From Nitrososphaerota archaeon (GTDB lineage Archaea > Thermoproteota > Nitrososphaeria > Nitrososphaerales > Nitrosopumilaceae), in contig JAGWFT010000001.1 in NCBI GenBank assembly GCA_028867755.1, forward strand, positions 1 to 64,000: a stretch of 64,000 nucleotides of DNA. Direction: 5' to 3'. The notes under the pieces were generated by a model. That model was not told where the DNA came from. It made no database searches and was given only the letters and a program-made list of their open reading frames with translations. The position numbers and the translations under genes were made by a program. The stretch's first letter is position 1. Each line of letters opens with the position of its first letter. Shown here one piece after another: positions 9,604 through 18,676 of this stretch.

Positions 9604-9960
9604 CTAGCTTCCTAGCATCTTTCCTGCCATGTTTTCCTTTCTTGGAATCCATACTATCTTCAAGTTCTCATATTTGACAGCAAGTTCCCAGGCTTCCATT
9701 GCAAGCGTGCGTAACTCATTTTTATTTATTGCAAATTCATGATTTAACTGCGATACCGTGTTTTTAGAATCACTATAAATTGTTATATCTTCAGGCGAAC
9801 TTTGATATTTTTTCAGCGCTGCAATTATTGCCATATATTCTGCCTCATTGTTTGTTATGCCTGGCTCTTTTTTATAAAACGACTCGCCAGTCTCCTTGAC
9901 AAAAAATCCAAACCCAGAATCTGGCCCTCCTGAGCCATCAACAAAAATACTAAGAGGCAT
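9604..9960 (-). CDS. rnhA: Ribonuclease HI
   Basis: IFVDGS, TNNEAEY, IYSDS, WIPRKEN motifs. Confidence 0.9.
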   Translation of the reverse strand: MPLSIFVDGSGGPDSGFGFFVKETGESFYKKEPGITNNEAEYMAIIAALKKYQSSPEDITIYSDSKNTVSQLNHEFAINKNELRTLAMEAWELAVKYENLKIVWIPRKENMAGKMLGS

Positions 9961-10140
9961 TTTTGTACAACCTCATTAATTTCACACTAGAATTTACAAT
10001 AGATGATTGGTTTGACAGAGACTGGACAACAATGCAAGAAATTACAGACATCACTATAAACTTGAGCAAAATATTTTTGCCAAGCTTGAAATATTTTCGT
10101 TTCACAGATTTTATTTATTCTAGTTACAAATAAACTAAAT

Positions 10141-10425
10141 CTATTGCATTGTTATTTTCAAAAGTACCAGAATTCCCGCAAGCTCTGCTGCATGTACTGC
10201 CAAAAGATATGGCAAGAGTGCCGCTGCATAAAGTTCCATCATTGAGAAATATGCGTAAACTGTTATTATGTTGTGTAGAAAAAGCAAACCCGCAAAAAAT
10301 ATCATCCCCAAAGGAAGTTGGGCCTTTGTTTTTGAATACATCTTGCCAAAGACTCCCATAAGGATACCTAGAACTACCATGTTGGCTCCGGAGACAATTG
10401 TGCTTGCAGTCATTATTAGTTCCAT
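10141..10425 (-). CDS. Small membrane protein (about 3 TM)
   Basis: 94 aa, hydrophobic throughout, directly downstream of a wHTH regulator. Confidence 0.75.
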   Translation of the reverse strand: MELIMTASTIVSGANMVVLGILMGVFGKMYSKTKAQLPLGMIFFAGLLFLHNIITVYAYFSMMELYAAALLPYLLAVHAAELAGILVLLKITMQ

Positions 10426-10450
10426 GTAAGAAAAATCAACCTTGCAAAGC

Positions 10451-10753
10451 TTATTTACTTTTTTCCAATTTGGTTACAATTTCGTCAAATGCGACCAAGT
10501 TGACCTCCAAAAATGTAGATATAAAGTAAGTAGCGCCATATTTTTCTCCTACGCGTGTTATGAGGTTATTTTTTTCAAGCACTCCGATATGGTGCTGTAT
10601 TGCCTTGTAATCAAGACCCAACTCTTTTGCCAATTGGTTGGCATTTAGAGGCCTTTCACGTATGACAGAGATTATCCTCATCCGGTTAGGTCCTCCTTTT
10701 GAGCCCATGAATACAAACCAGAGAAGACGTTTTGCATATGGGTCTGCGGGCAT
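10451..10753 (-). CDS. ArsR-like winged-helix transcriptional regulator
   Basis: RMRIISVIRERPLNANQLAKELGLDYKAIQHHIGVLEKNNLI helix-turn-helix plus wing; divergent from copA. Confidence 0.88.
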   Translation of the reverse strand: MPADPYAKRLLWFVFMGSKGGPNRMRIISVIRERPLNANQLAKELGLDYKAIQHHIGVLEKNNLITRVGEKYGATYFISTFLEVNLVAFDEIVTKLEKSK

Positions 10754-10851
10754 TGTATGCCTTCGTGTACCCTATCTAATTAAAACATCTTCTTGGTTTT
10801 TAACAATTGTAAAGTTCAGGCATTAAGTATGATACAAAATCAGTTAATTGT

Positions 10852-13275
10852 ATGGAACAAAGATCATTGAAAAAAGCTGTGTTGAAGATAGGCGGCATGC
10901 ATTGTTCTGGGTGTGTTAGCTCGATACAACAATCTGTATTACATCTCAGGGGAGTAGAAAAGTGTGAAGTTAATTTGTTATCAGAAAAAGCAGTCATTGA
11001 GTATGATCCTGAACAATCTGGGGTTGACAGCATTGAAGACTCGATTTGCAAGATGGGGTACAGAGTAATTTACTATGATGCTACATTTGTTCTAAGTGGG
11101 CTTGCTGATTTATCAGATGCTCATATGCTAGAGAGTGAGCTGGACAAAGTAGATGGAGTAAAACAGGTTTCTGTAAATTATGGCAACAGCCATTTGTCAT
11201 TGCGATACAACCCAGAAATAATTTCGCTTGGAGACCTTAGACAAAAGATATCGCACCTTCATTATACCATAGTAAGCGAAGATCTTACAGTATCTTCTGA
11301 ACATGTTGAATCTGCCAACTTGAAAAAATATTTTCTTGTATCACTAGCACTTGCAATTCCTGTAATACTTTACAGCTACCCAGAAGTTTTCAAAATTATT
11401 CCTTTTTCAAAAAGTGACTTGGCTGCATATATCATGTTTGGGTGTGCCACAATCATACAGTTTGGTGCTGGCAGTAGGTTTTACCTTGGAGCATATCGCA
11501 TAGCAAAGCTACACTCTGCCAACATGGACACACTTGTTGTCACTGGCACAACAGCCGCATATCTTTTTAGTGCAACAAATCTTTTTCCAACACCAAACTG
11601 GCAACACTTTGCGTTTGATGCATCATCTGTAGTGATTACTTTTATCTTGCTTGGGAAATATCTTGAGAACAAGACCAAGGCAATAACCTCTGGCACCATA
11701 CGCAAGTTGCTTGAGATACAGCCAAGAACTGCAACAGTGAGAAGAGACGGTATTGAAGTCGAGGTATCAGTTGATGACATAAGGCAAGATGAGGTCATTT
11801 TAGTAAAACCTGGCTTGAGAGTACCCACAGATGGAACGGTAATTGATGGCAACTCTTCAGTGGACGAGTCTATGATAACTGGGGAGTACTTGCCGGTAAG
11901 GAAAAAAGTTGGCGACAGTGCAATAGGTGGTACAATCAACAAGGATGGGATACTTGTCATCAAGGCTGTCAAGGTAGGACAAGATACACTGCTTTCTCAG
12001 ATAGTCAGGATGGTAGAAGACTCGATATCTACCAAACCTCCTATACAGAGACTTGTTGATCTTGTGGCAGGAAGATTTGCTTTTGCAGTAATGGCAGTTT
12101 CTGCTGTTACATTTTTTTTGTGGTTGGAGTTTGGTTTGGGAAACATACATCTTGCTTTGATTCCTGCAGTGTCAATACTTGTAGTGGCATGCCCCTGTGC
12201 ACTAGGCCTTGCAACCCCTACTGCAATAATGGTGGGTGTCGGAAAAGGCGCCCACAACGGTATACTGTTTAAGAAAAGTGAGACATTTGAGATTCTTGAC
12301 AAAGTAAGTGTTGTTGTTTTTGACAAGACTGGCACGCTGACACATGGAGAGCTGTCTGTTACTGATGTGATACCACTAGATAGCACAACTGAATCTCAAA
12401 TCATTGTAACAGCAGCATCAATTGAAAGATATTCTGAGCATCCAATTGGACTTGGAATTGTAAAAAACAGCAAAGAGGTTGGTGTGACTCTTTACGATGT
12501 CTGCGATTTTTTGTCTAGTCCCGGACTGGGAGCCAGTGGCAAAGTAGGAGAGAACAATGTACTAGTAGGCAGCGTCCAGTTTGTGGAACAAAAGGGAGTT
12601 GATCTAGAAGATTCAAAAAGTATTATCAAAAAGATTCAGGAGGAATCAAAAACAGTTGTTGCAGTTTGCATCAACTTGAAACCTGTTGGGCTGATAGCAC
12701 TACAGGACACACCTCGTTCCGAGTCAGGTGCAGTAGTTGACGTGCTGAGGAAAAAAGGCATATGGCCAGTAATGCTCACAGGCGATAATGAGATAACGGC
12801 AAGGGCCATTGGAGCAAAGATAGGAATTGACAAAGTAATTGCAAATGTATTGCCACAAGACAAGTCACGCATCATAAAAGAACTGCAAAAAGAAGGAAAA
12901 ATAGTTGCAATGGTTGGAGACGGCATAAATGATGCACCTGCCCTCAGTCAGGCAGATGTAGGAATTTCTTTGGGCTCTGGCACAGATGTTGCATTAAAAG
13001 CTGGAAATATCATTCTTGTGAAAAACAATCTTTGGGATATCATCACTGCCTTTGATCTTGCAAAAAGAACTGTAAGAAAGATAAGGCAGAACATTGCCTA
13101 TGCCTTTGCTTATAATATTATACTTATTCCACTGGCAGGACTAGGCATGTTGTATCCTGCACTAGCTGGTGCTGCTATGGCTGCATCTTCTGTATCAGTG
13201 ACGACAAGCTCCCTTTTGTTAAAAAGGTGGAATCCAAAGAAAAGACCACAAATTTACATAACTGGCATGACATAA
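10852..13275 (+). CDS. copA: Cu(I)-exporting P1B-1 ATPase
   Basis: GMHCSGC HMA domain, TGE, ACPCALGLATP, DKTGT, SEHP, GDGINDAPAL, YN and MAASS transmembrane Cu ligands. Confidence 0.96.
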   Translation: MEQRSLKKAVLKIGGMHCSGCVSSIQQSVLHLRGVEKCEVNLLSEKAVIEYDPEQSGVDSIEDSICKMGYRVIYYDATFVLSGLADLSDAHMLESELDKVDGVKQVSVNYGNSHLSLRYNPEIISLGDLRQKISHLHYTIVSEDLTVSSEHVESANLKKYFLVSLALAIPVILYSYPEVFKIIPFSKSDLAAYIMFGCATIIQFGAGSRFYLGAYRIAKLHSANMDTLVVTGTTAAYLFSATNLFPTPNWQHFAFDASSVVITFILLGKYLENKTKAITSGTIRKLLEIQPRTATVRRDGIEVEVSVDDIRQDEVILVKPGLRVPTDGTVIDGNSSVDESMITGEYLPVRKKVGDSAIGGTINKDGILVIKAVKVGQDTLLSQIVRMVEDSISTKPPIQRLVDLVAGRFAFAVMAVSAVTFFLWLEFGLGNIHLALIPAVSILVVACPCALGLATPTAIMVGVGKGAHNGILFKKSETFEILDKVSVVVFDKTGTLTHGELSVTDVIPLDSTTESQIIVTAASIERYSEHPIGLGIVKNSKEVGVTLYDVCDFLSSPGLGASGKVGENNVLVGSVQFVEQKGVDLEDSKSIIKKIQEESKTVVAVCINLKPVGLIALQDTPRSESGAVVDVLRKKGIWPVMLTGDNEITARAIGAKIGIDKVIANVLPQDKSRIIKELQKEGKIVAMVGDGINDAPALSQADVGISLGSGTDVALKAGNIILVKNNLWDIITAFDLAKRTVRKIRQNIAYAFAYNIILIPLAGLGMLYPALAGAAMAASSVSVTTSSLLLKRWNPKKRPQIYITGMT

Positions 13276-13282
13276 TTGTCAC

Positions 13283-13702
13283 ATGCCATACAAGATTGAT
13301 GAAATCGATACTGCAATACTTGAATCACTTTTCAAAGACGGTAGAAAGTCATTCAGGCAGATATCACGTGAGATAAAGGTCAGCACGCCTACCGTAAAGA
13401 CACGATACCAAAGGCTTGTAGACATTGGGCTTGTCAAGGGAGTTTTTCCAACACTAGACATGGACAAGATAGGAAAAAAACATTCAGAGACGAATAATTC
13501 AAGGGAGCACAAGTTAAAACTTGGAAATAATACTCTAGTAAAGCTGAGTTGTGACTATTGTCAGGGGCCTGTTACCGGCAAACCCATTGCATTCAAGTTT
13601 GCCAACTTTGAGAGATTTTTTTGCTGCAGATCATGCAGAACATTGTACAGAGAAAAATACAGGGGCAAGATTTCGTCGATATCTTCACGTCACAAGACTT
13701 GA
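13283..13702 (+). CDS. AsnC/Lrp-type HTH regulator with C-terminal TRASH metal-binding domain (CopR/CopT-like)
   Basis: DEIDTAILESLFKDGRKSFRQISRE HTH; CDYC...FCCRSC TRASH pattern; 7 nt after copA. Confidence 0.88.
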   Translation: MPYKIDEIDTAILESLFKDGRKSFRQISREIKVSTPTVKTRYQRLVDIGLVKGVFPTLDMDKIGKKHSETNNSREHKLKLGNNTLVKLSCDYCQGPVTGKPIAFKFANFERFFCCRSCRTLYREKYRGKISSISSRHKT

Positions 13703-13754
13703 ATTACACACAAATAGAATAACCGATAAATTAGATTACATACTAGTGAACTTG

Positions 13755-14633
13755 ATGCTAAACTACGATTATCCCCTGTACAGGCCACCATCAGAGGGCA
13801 AGTCACTGATTTTTCAGGTAACACTTGGATGCTCGTTTAACGAGTGTTCATACTGTGACATGTATAGAACAAAAGAATACCAGGAAAGACCATGGGAGGA
13901 AATAAAGATGGAAATTGATCTTGCTGCAAAGCACATGGCAGGCACAAGTAGAATATTTCTTGCAGACGGAGACGCACTGAATTTATCAACAGAAAACATG
14001 CTCCAGATTCTAGATTACATACGAATCAAGTTTCCAAATCTTGAACGCATCTCGTGCTATGCCATGCCAAAAAACATTTTAGAAAAATCTCCAGAAGATT
14101 TGAGAAGACTTTACGATGCGGGACTTACGATGTTTTACATTGGGATAGAGACAGGCTCGGATATCATACTCAAAAAAATAACAAAAGGCGCAACCAGCCA
14201 GACAATCATCAAAGCATGTCAAAAAGCAAAAGACTCTGGGTACACTATATCATGCATGGTAATTCTGGGCCTTGGCGGGAAAAATTATTCTAAACAACAC
14301 ATCGAGGACACTGCAAAAATTCTAAACGTTACATCACCCCATTACGTTGGGGCCCTTACTTTACATCTTGATGGAGCAATACGCGAAGAATTTCTTACCA
14401 AGTTCAAGGAACCTTTTCTGATGATCGATGATGCCGATGCACTAGATGAGCTTGAATTACTTGTAAGCAAGATAGACCCCAAAGCTCCGGTGGTTTTCCG
14501 AGCAAACCATGGCTCTAATGCATATCCAATAGGTGGAACATTTCCCCAAGAAAAAGAACAGATGCTGCAAAAAATTACGTATCTTAGAGAACATCCGGAA
14601 TTGTGCAGACCAGCAGGCTTTAGGGGATTCTAG
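13755..14633 (+). CDS. Radical SAM protein
   Basis: YRPPSE...GCSFNECSYC cluster motif, FLADGDAL, GIETGSD. ATG at 13755 is preferred over the track start, which overlaps the TRASH gene. Confidence 0.9.
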   Translation: MLNYDYPLYRPPSEGKSLIFQVTLGCSFNECSYCDMYRTKEYQERPWEEIKMEIDLAAKHMAGTSRIFLADGDALNLSTENMLQILDYIRIKFPNLERISCYAMPKNILEKSPEDLRRLYDAGLTMFYIGIETGSDIILKKITKGATSQTIIKACQKAKDSGYTISCMVILGLGGKNYSKQHIEDTAKILNVTSPHYVGALTLHLDGAIREEFLTKFKEPFLMIDDADALDELELLVSKIDPKAPVVFRANHGSNAYPIGGTFPQEKEQMLQKITYLREHPELCRPAGFRGF

Positions 14634-14765
14634 AGATATTACAGTTAACAGCCAACACAGTTATGAATGCAGTTTGCAAGAAACGCCAGTGCAAGAGACA
14701 CTAGGTCTATCATTTAACATAGATGGTCATCAGCATGTATAAAAAATTAATGCAGATTCTCTTGC

Positions 14766-15353
14766 TCAATTTTCCACTGTAAAGTGGTTGATCGAGACAT
14801 GGCCCCACTCGTCGTCTCCCACTATAGTATACACTCCTGGTGTTAGTGGTTGGAATTTCTGTCCTTGATAGAATCCGTTAAACGCAATATGAGATTGTAG
14901 TGTAACTTGATAGTTGGTCGAATTATAAGTCTCAATTGTTGCCTTGTTGCTTGAAGGCTCAAAGACATAGTCTACTATACCAATTGTCTTGCACATGTAA
15001 ACGCCGCTCTGGTACAATGGCAGACGTTTGCCATCAGTCATGTTCTCAATTGAATAATTTCCCTGAAAAAGGGCCATACCAAATGGCAGGTGGAATAGAC
15101 ATGGCTTGATGCTCCATTGTTTTACAGGCCAGTTATGTTGTGGAATAAGTGTCAATGTATCTGGAGACGTGTTGGCAAGTGCAATGTCCATTGCAATCCC
15201 TTGCCCTGCCTTTATCTCAGTAGAGTTTACAGATACAGCAAGAGAGAGCACGGATGGTGGAGTATTCTCAGAGCTAGATTGTTGTGGCAGGTTGAACATG
15301 TGTGGGGAGAGCAATGCAATTATTCCAATTGTTACAATGACACCAATTCCCAT
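14766..15353 (-). CDS. Membrane-anchored or secreted hypothetical protein (start may be AUA at 15386)
   Basis: N-terminal hydrophobic anchor, beta-rich body with two Cys, ends GVYTIVGDDEWGHVSINHFTV. Confidence 0.75.
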   Translation of the reverse strand: MGIGVIVTIGIIALLSPHMFNLPQQSSSENTPPSVLSLAVSVNSTEIKAGQGIAMDIALANTSPDTLTLIPQHNWPVKQWSIKPCLFHLPFGMALFQGNYSIENMTDGKRLPLYQSGVYMCKTIGIVDYVFEPSSNKATIETYNSTNYQVTLQSHIAFNGFYQGQKFQPLTPGVYTIVGDDEWGHVSINHFTVEN

Positions 15354-15382
15354 CGCTGCAATGATGTAAAGATTTAGTGGTT

Positions 15383-15877
15383 TTATTTTCCTCCACCCAC
15401 TCTTTGTTTCATGCCGCTCATACCTCGGCTAGATACCATACCATAGAAAATTAAAAGTGAAGCAATGCTTGCAGCAAGCACAAGTCCTGATGCTGGAAAC
15501 TCTGGCACAGGAGTTGTGGTAGATTTGCTTTGAGTAATAACAAACCCATTGATTCTAGTACTTGCTGTTATGTTCAGGTTTCCTGGAGAAGCTGAAAGTG
15601 GAACCTTGAACTGGAGGTTAAAGTTTCCATTTTGGTCAGACTGTACGGTTCGAATAAGGATAAGATTTCCCTTTGCATCTTTTACTTGGATGGCAACAAG
15701 CTGTCCTGGAGCTCCTTCATTGACAATGCCACTGAGATTTACCGTATCTCCCGGTCCATATGCATTCTTTGATGTGTTAATTGTGATTGACTCGTTGTCT
15801 AGCTGTGCATAGGAGCTAGGTATAGCAAACGCTACCAGAGACAAGGTAGCAATTGCAACTAGTGAGCTTGTTTTCAA
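15383..15877 (-). CDS. PEF-CTERM sorted surface protein with one Ig-like domain
   Basis: TTG at 15877 gives the signal peptide MKTSSLVAIATLSLVAFAIPSSYA; ends VPEFP + TM helix + basic tail. Confidence 0.82.
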   Translation of the reverse strand: MKTSSLVAIATLSLVAFAIPSSYAQLDNESITINTSKNAYGPGDTVNLSGIVNEGAPGQLVAIQVKDAKGNLILIRTVQSDQNGNFNLQFKVPLSASPGNLNITASTRINGFVITQSKSTTTPVPEFPASGLVLAASIASLLIFYGMVSSRGMSGMKQRVGGGK

Positions 15878-15887
15878 TTTGCCATAC

Positions 15888-18500
15888 CTACAAGAGTCCA
15901 ACAAAATACGATAATTCATGTGATTCTGATGTGCCTCCTTTATTTGGCCAGTCTGTTAGTGCGTCTGCATATATGCTGGCAAGACCTGTTGAGGACTGGG
16001 TAGGCACATAATATGGAAGTACCACCTCCGAAGTTCCTGGATTTAGCGTGTACTTGGCTGAGCTTGTTCCCAGTGTGTTTAGGTTAGAGTCAAAGAGATT
16101 GATAGTTACAAGAGTTGGTGCTGCATAGCCTGAGTGGATGTCAACTCTAACAAAGCCACTCTGGCCTCGGGTAAATGTTGATACTGAATTTCCATTCTGA
16201 TCTGTTGGCTGGACAGATGTTATTTGGATACCACTTGAATTGGTAGAGTTGTTCTCCAAGTTTGCAATACATGGGTTTGTTCCATTAACAACTGCCAGAT
16301 CCCCATTACTGTCAAAACATGACTGTACATTGCTGTTTGCAAGGCCATACTCGACGTTGAGGTTGTTGTTTATCTGTACAACCTGTGCATGGTTTACTGC
16401 TGCATAGTTGTCAAATGTTTGTATTGCTTGGTCCAAGCTTCCGCCGTTATCAAGCACATTTTGCATGGCAGCATTTGCGGCAGAGACTCTTTGCTTCATG
16501 AAATTAAATTCTCCCTCAAATACTCCTTGTGTACGGTTATCAGGTATTGTAGAAAGGAAGGAAGCAAATGCTGCGTTTGGAGTGGTAGCTGCATTAGACT
16601 GCTGGAGTGCTGTCAGGTCTTGCTTGAGCTTGCTTGCTGCTGCTAGTCTTTGCTGTTGTACTAATTCGTTGTCAATTTTTACAGCAGTTTCGTTTCCGAG
16701 TATATTTGCTACTTGTTGTTTTGATGTCTGGATCTCTTGCAGTATTTTTTGCGCCATAGGATCATTTTGGAGCGCTGGACCAAGAAGGGTGGTAAACTGC
16801 GTAACATTTCCTGAGTTGACTGTATTAGATGTGATACTAGAATTTAATGCGTTTAGATTTAGGCTTACTAGGGCAATCGACTTGTCTCCAATGTTTGCTG
16901 CAGTACCGTTATGATATGCAAGCGCTAAAAGTTGTGCTTGGGCAGGACTCATGAATGTCATGCTGTCATTTTGTATAGCAACACCTAGTGTAACCAGTGC
17001 CTGATCATTTGTCATCTTGGCTGCTACATTTGATACAAGAGTGGTTCCATTCAGGTTTTGTGGATGTACGGTACAAGTTTGTGGAGGAGATGGCTTGTAT
17101 GATACTGGAAGCGTGGCAGGATCTTCTAGACTAGCTGAGAGACATGATTCTGTTGTAAGAGGTGTGCCTCCGTTACTTGGCCAATCAGAATACGCGTCAG
17201 CAAATACATCTGCAGTTCCCATTTGGGCATTAGGAGGTATAAAAAATGATAGCGTCATCTGAGAATCTCCTGGATTTATTGTGGATTTGACAGATGCTGT
17301 GCCAATACTACTCTGGTTAGTGTCAAAGAGATTCAGAGTGAGAAGTGTTGGCATTTTCTCGCCAGAAGATATAGAGACCTGGACAAAATTATTTTGGCCT
17401 TTTTTTATCATGGAGACTGGATTTCCCTGTTGGTCAGTTAGTTGCACTGAATCTATTGAGATTCCGTGAGTTTTGATCACGCTGAACTGTGTGGAAGTCG
17501 TATAGTTTTTGCCATCAACTAGTGCTGTTGCAATATCTTGGTAAACACCTATCTGGAAATTGGACGGGATCTTAAACTGTAGCTGCGCTGTACCGTTCTC
17601 GTCTGTAGTTATTGTTCTTGATACAATATCAGTTCCTGTGGGGTCTGCAATTGCAAGTGCGACATTTTGCGAGATTATCCCAGGCAATGATACTTTTAAT
17701 GTTACAACATCGCCATAAGCATAATACGTTTGGTCACTAGTTAGCACGAGCGATGCAGGCAAGATTGGGGTGCCTGTATATACAGTTGCAGAAGATGCTG
17801 CACTGGAACTAGTTGTGTTAGAGTTGTTTATTATTCCTGAGATAACAATGCTTGGCGACTGGACTGACCCAGCACTCGATGAGGACGATGAGCTGCTTGT
17901 TGTGGAGGATATTGAGGAACCATAACCCGAACCTGATGTATCAGAGCCTGATGATTCTATAGGTGCTGGACTAGGCGATGATTCTGAGCTTACCTGCGGA
18001 ATACTTTGACTGGTAGCATTGGTGCTAGTCGAGTTAGATGTAGTCACTGCCACATTATTGTTTGTCTGTGTTAAGTTTTGCTTGGAGCTAGAACTTGTTG
18101 AGTTTGATTGTGTCGAGTTTGAACTGCTAGCAGTATTTGAAGAAGTTACTGTAGAGGTGGTGGAATTTGTATGAGGCGTTGTTGCATTAGAAGTTCCAGT
18201 GTTGTTGCTTGTCACATTTGGTGTATTGTTAGAAGTTTGTGGTGGTGTGGTGGTGCTATTCGTAACTGGTACACTGTTGGAAGTTTGTGGTGGTACAGAT
18301 GTGCTATTTGTAATGGATGTACTGGTAGTATAGTCAGTAAACACCAAGGTAGAAAATGCATTCTGTGGAACAAAAAAGACTGCAGAGATAGAAATAGCGA
18401 TAAATATCGTCAAGGCAAGGTTTCTCCCATATACAGAGGCAGTATTTTTCCAAGTTGCTAGACGTTTTCTGCCAATGGTAAATCGATTAAAATTCCTCAT
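15888..18500 (-). CDS. Large exported protein: Ser/Thr linker, Ig-like domains, helical core and duplicated C-terminal-type Ig domain
   Basis: 870 aa; signal or anchor helix, about 190-aa S/T/N-rich tract, two similar domains GISIDSVQLTDQQGN...DWPSNGG and GIQITSVQPTDQNGN...DWPNKGG. Confidence 0.85.
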   Translation of the reverse strand: MRNFNRFTIGRKRLATWKNTASVYGRNLALTIFIAISISAVFFVPQNAFSTLVFTDYTTSTSITNSTSVPPQTSNSVPVTNSTTTPPQTSNNTPNVTSNNTGTSNATTPHTNSTTSTVTSSNTASSSNSTQSNSTSSSSKQNLTQTNNNVAVTTSNSTSTNATSQSIPQVSSESSPSPAPIESSGSDTSGSGYGSSISSTTSSSSSSSSAGSVQSPSIVISGIINNSNTTSSSAASSATVYTGTPILPASLVLTSDQTYYAYGDVVTLKVSLPGIISQNVALAIADPTGTDIVSRTITTDENGTAQLQFKIPSNFQIGVYQDIATALVDGKNYTTSTQFSVIKTHGISIDSVQLTDQQGNPVSMIKKGQNNFVQVSISSGEKMPTLLTLNLFDTNQSSIGTASVKSTINPGDSQMTLSFFIPPNAQMGTADVFADAYSDWPSNGGTPLTTESCLSASLEDPATLPVSYKPSPPQTCTVHPQNLNGTTLVSNVAAKMTNDQALVTLGVAIQNDSMTFMSPAQAQLLALAYHNGTAANIGDKSIALVSLNLNALNSSITSNTVNSGNVTQFTTLLGPALQNDPMAQKILQEIQTSKQQVANILGNETAVKIDNELVQQQRLAAASKLKQDLTALQQSNAATTPNAAFASFLSTIPDNRTQGVFEGEFNFMKQRVSAANAAMQNVLDNGGSLDQAIQTFDNYAAVNHAQVVQINNNLNVEYGLANSNVQSCFDSNGDLAVVNGTNPCIANLENNSTNSSGIQITSVQPTDQNGNSVSTFTRGQSGFVRVDIHSGYAAPTLVTINLFDSNLNTLGTSSAKYTLNPGTSEVVLPYYVPTQSSTGLASIYADALTDWPNKGGTSESHELSYFVGLL
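18232..18314 (-). repeat. 48-bp-period tandem repeat (16-aa TNST..PPQTSN unit)
   Basis: gaagtttgtggtggt at 18232 and 18280, each followed by gtgctatt(c/t)gta. Confidence 0.8.
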
Positions 18501-18676
18501 ACTCTAACACCCAAAATATCTTCGTAGAGCAGTGCCCGTAATTCCCAAACTTCATGGCATCTTGTCTGTAAATAATGTATAATGGATTGCGACACTTTGT
18601 TAAGGAACAAAGTTAACGATGATATAAAGATTAGACAGGAATCATACTACAATATACAAGTTTTCAGTATACAGAA

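Noticed and set aside
13551-13754. Track-predicted N-terminal extension of the radical SAM gene
   Set aside because: Overlaps the TRASH regulator by about 150 nt and is not protein-like; the family pattern begins at MLNYDYPLYRP.
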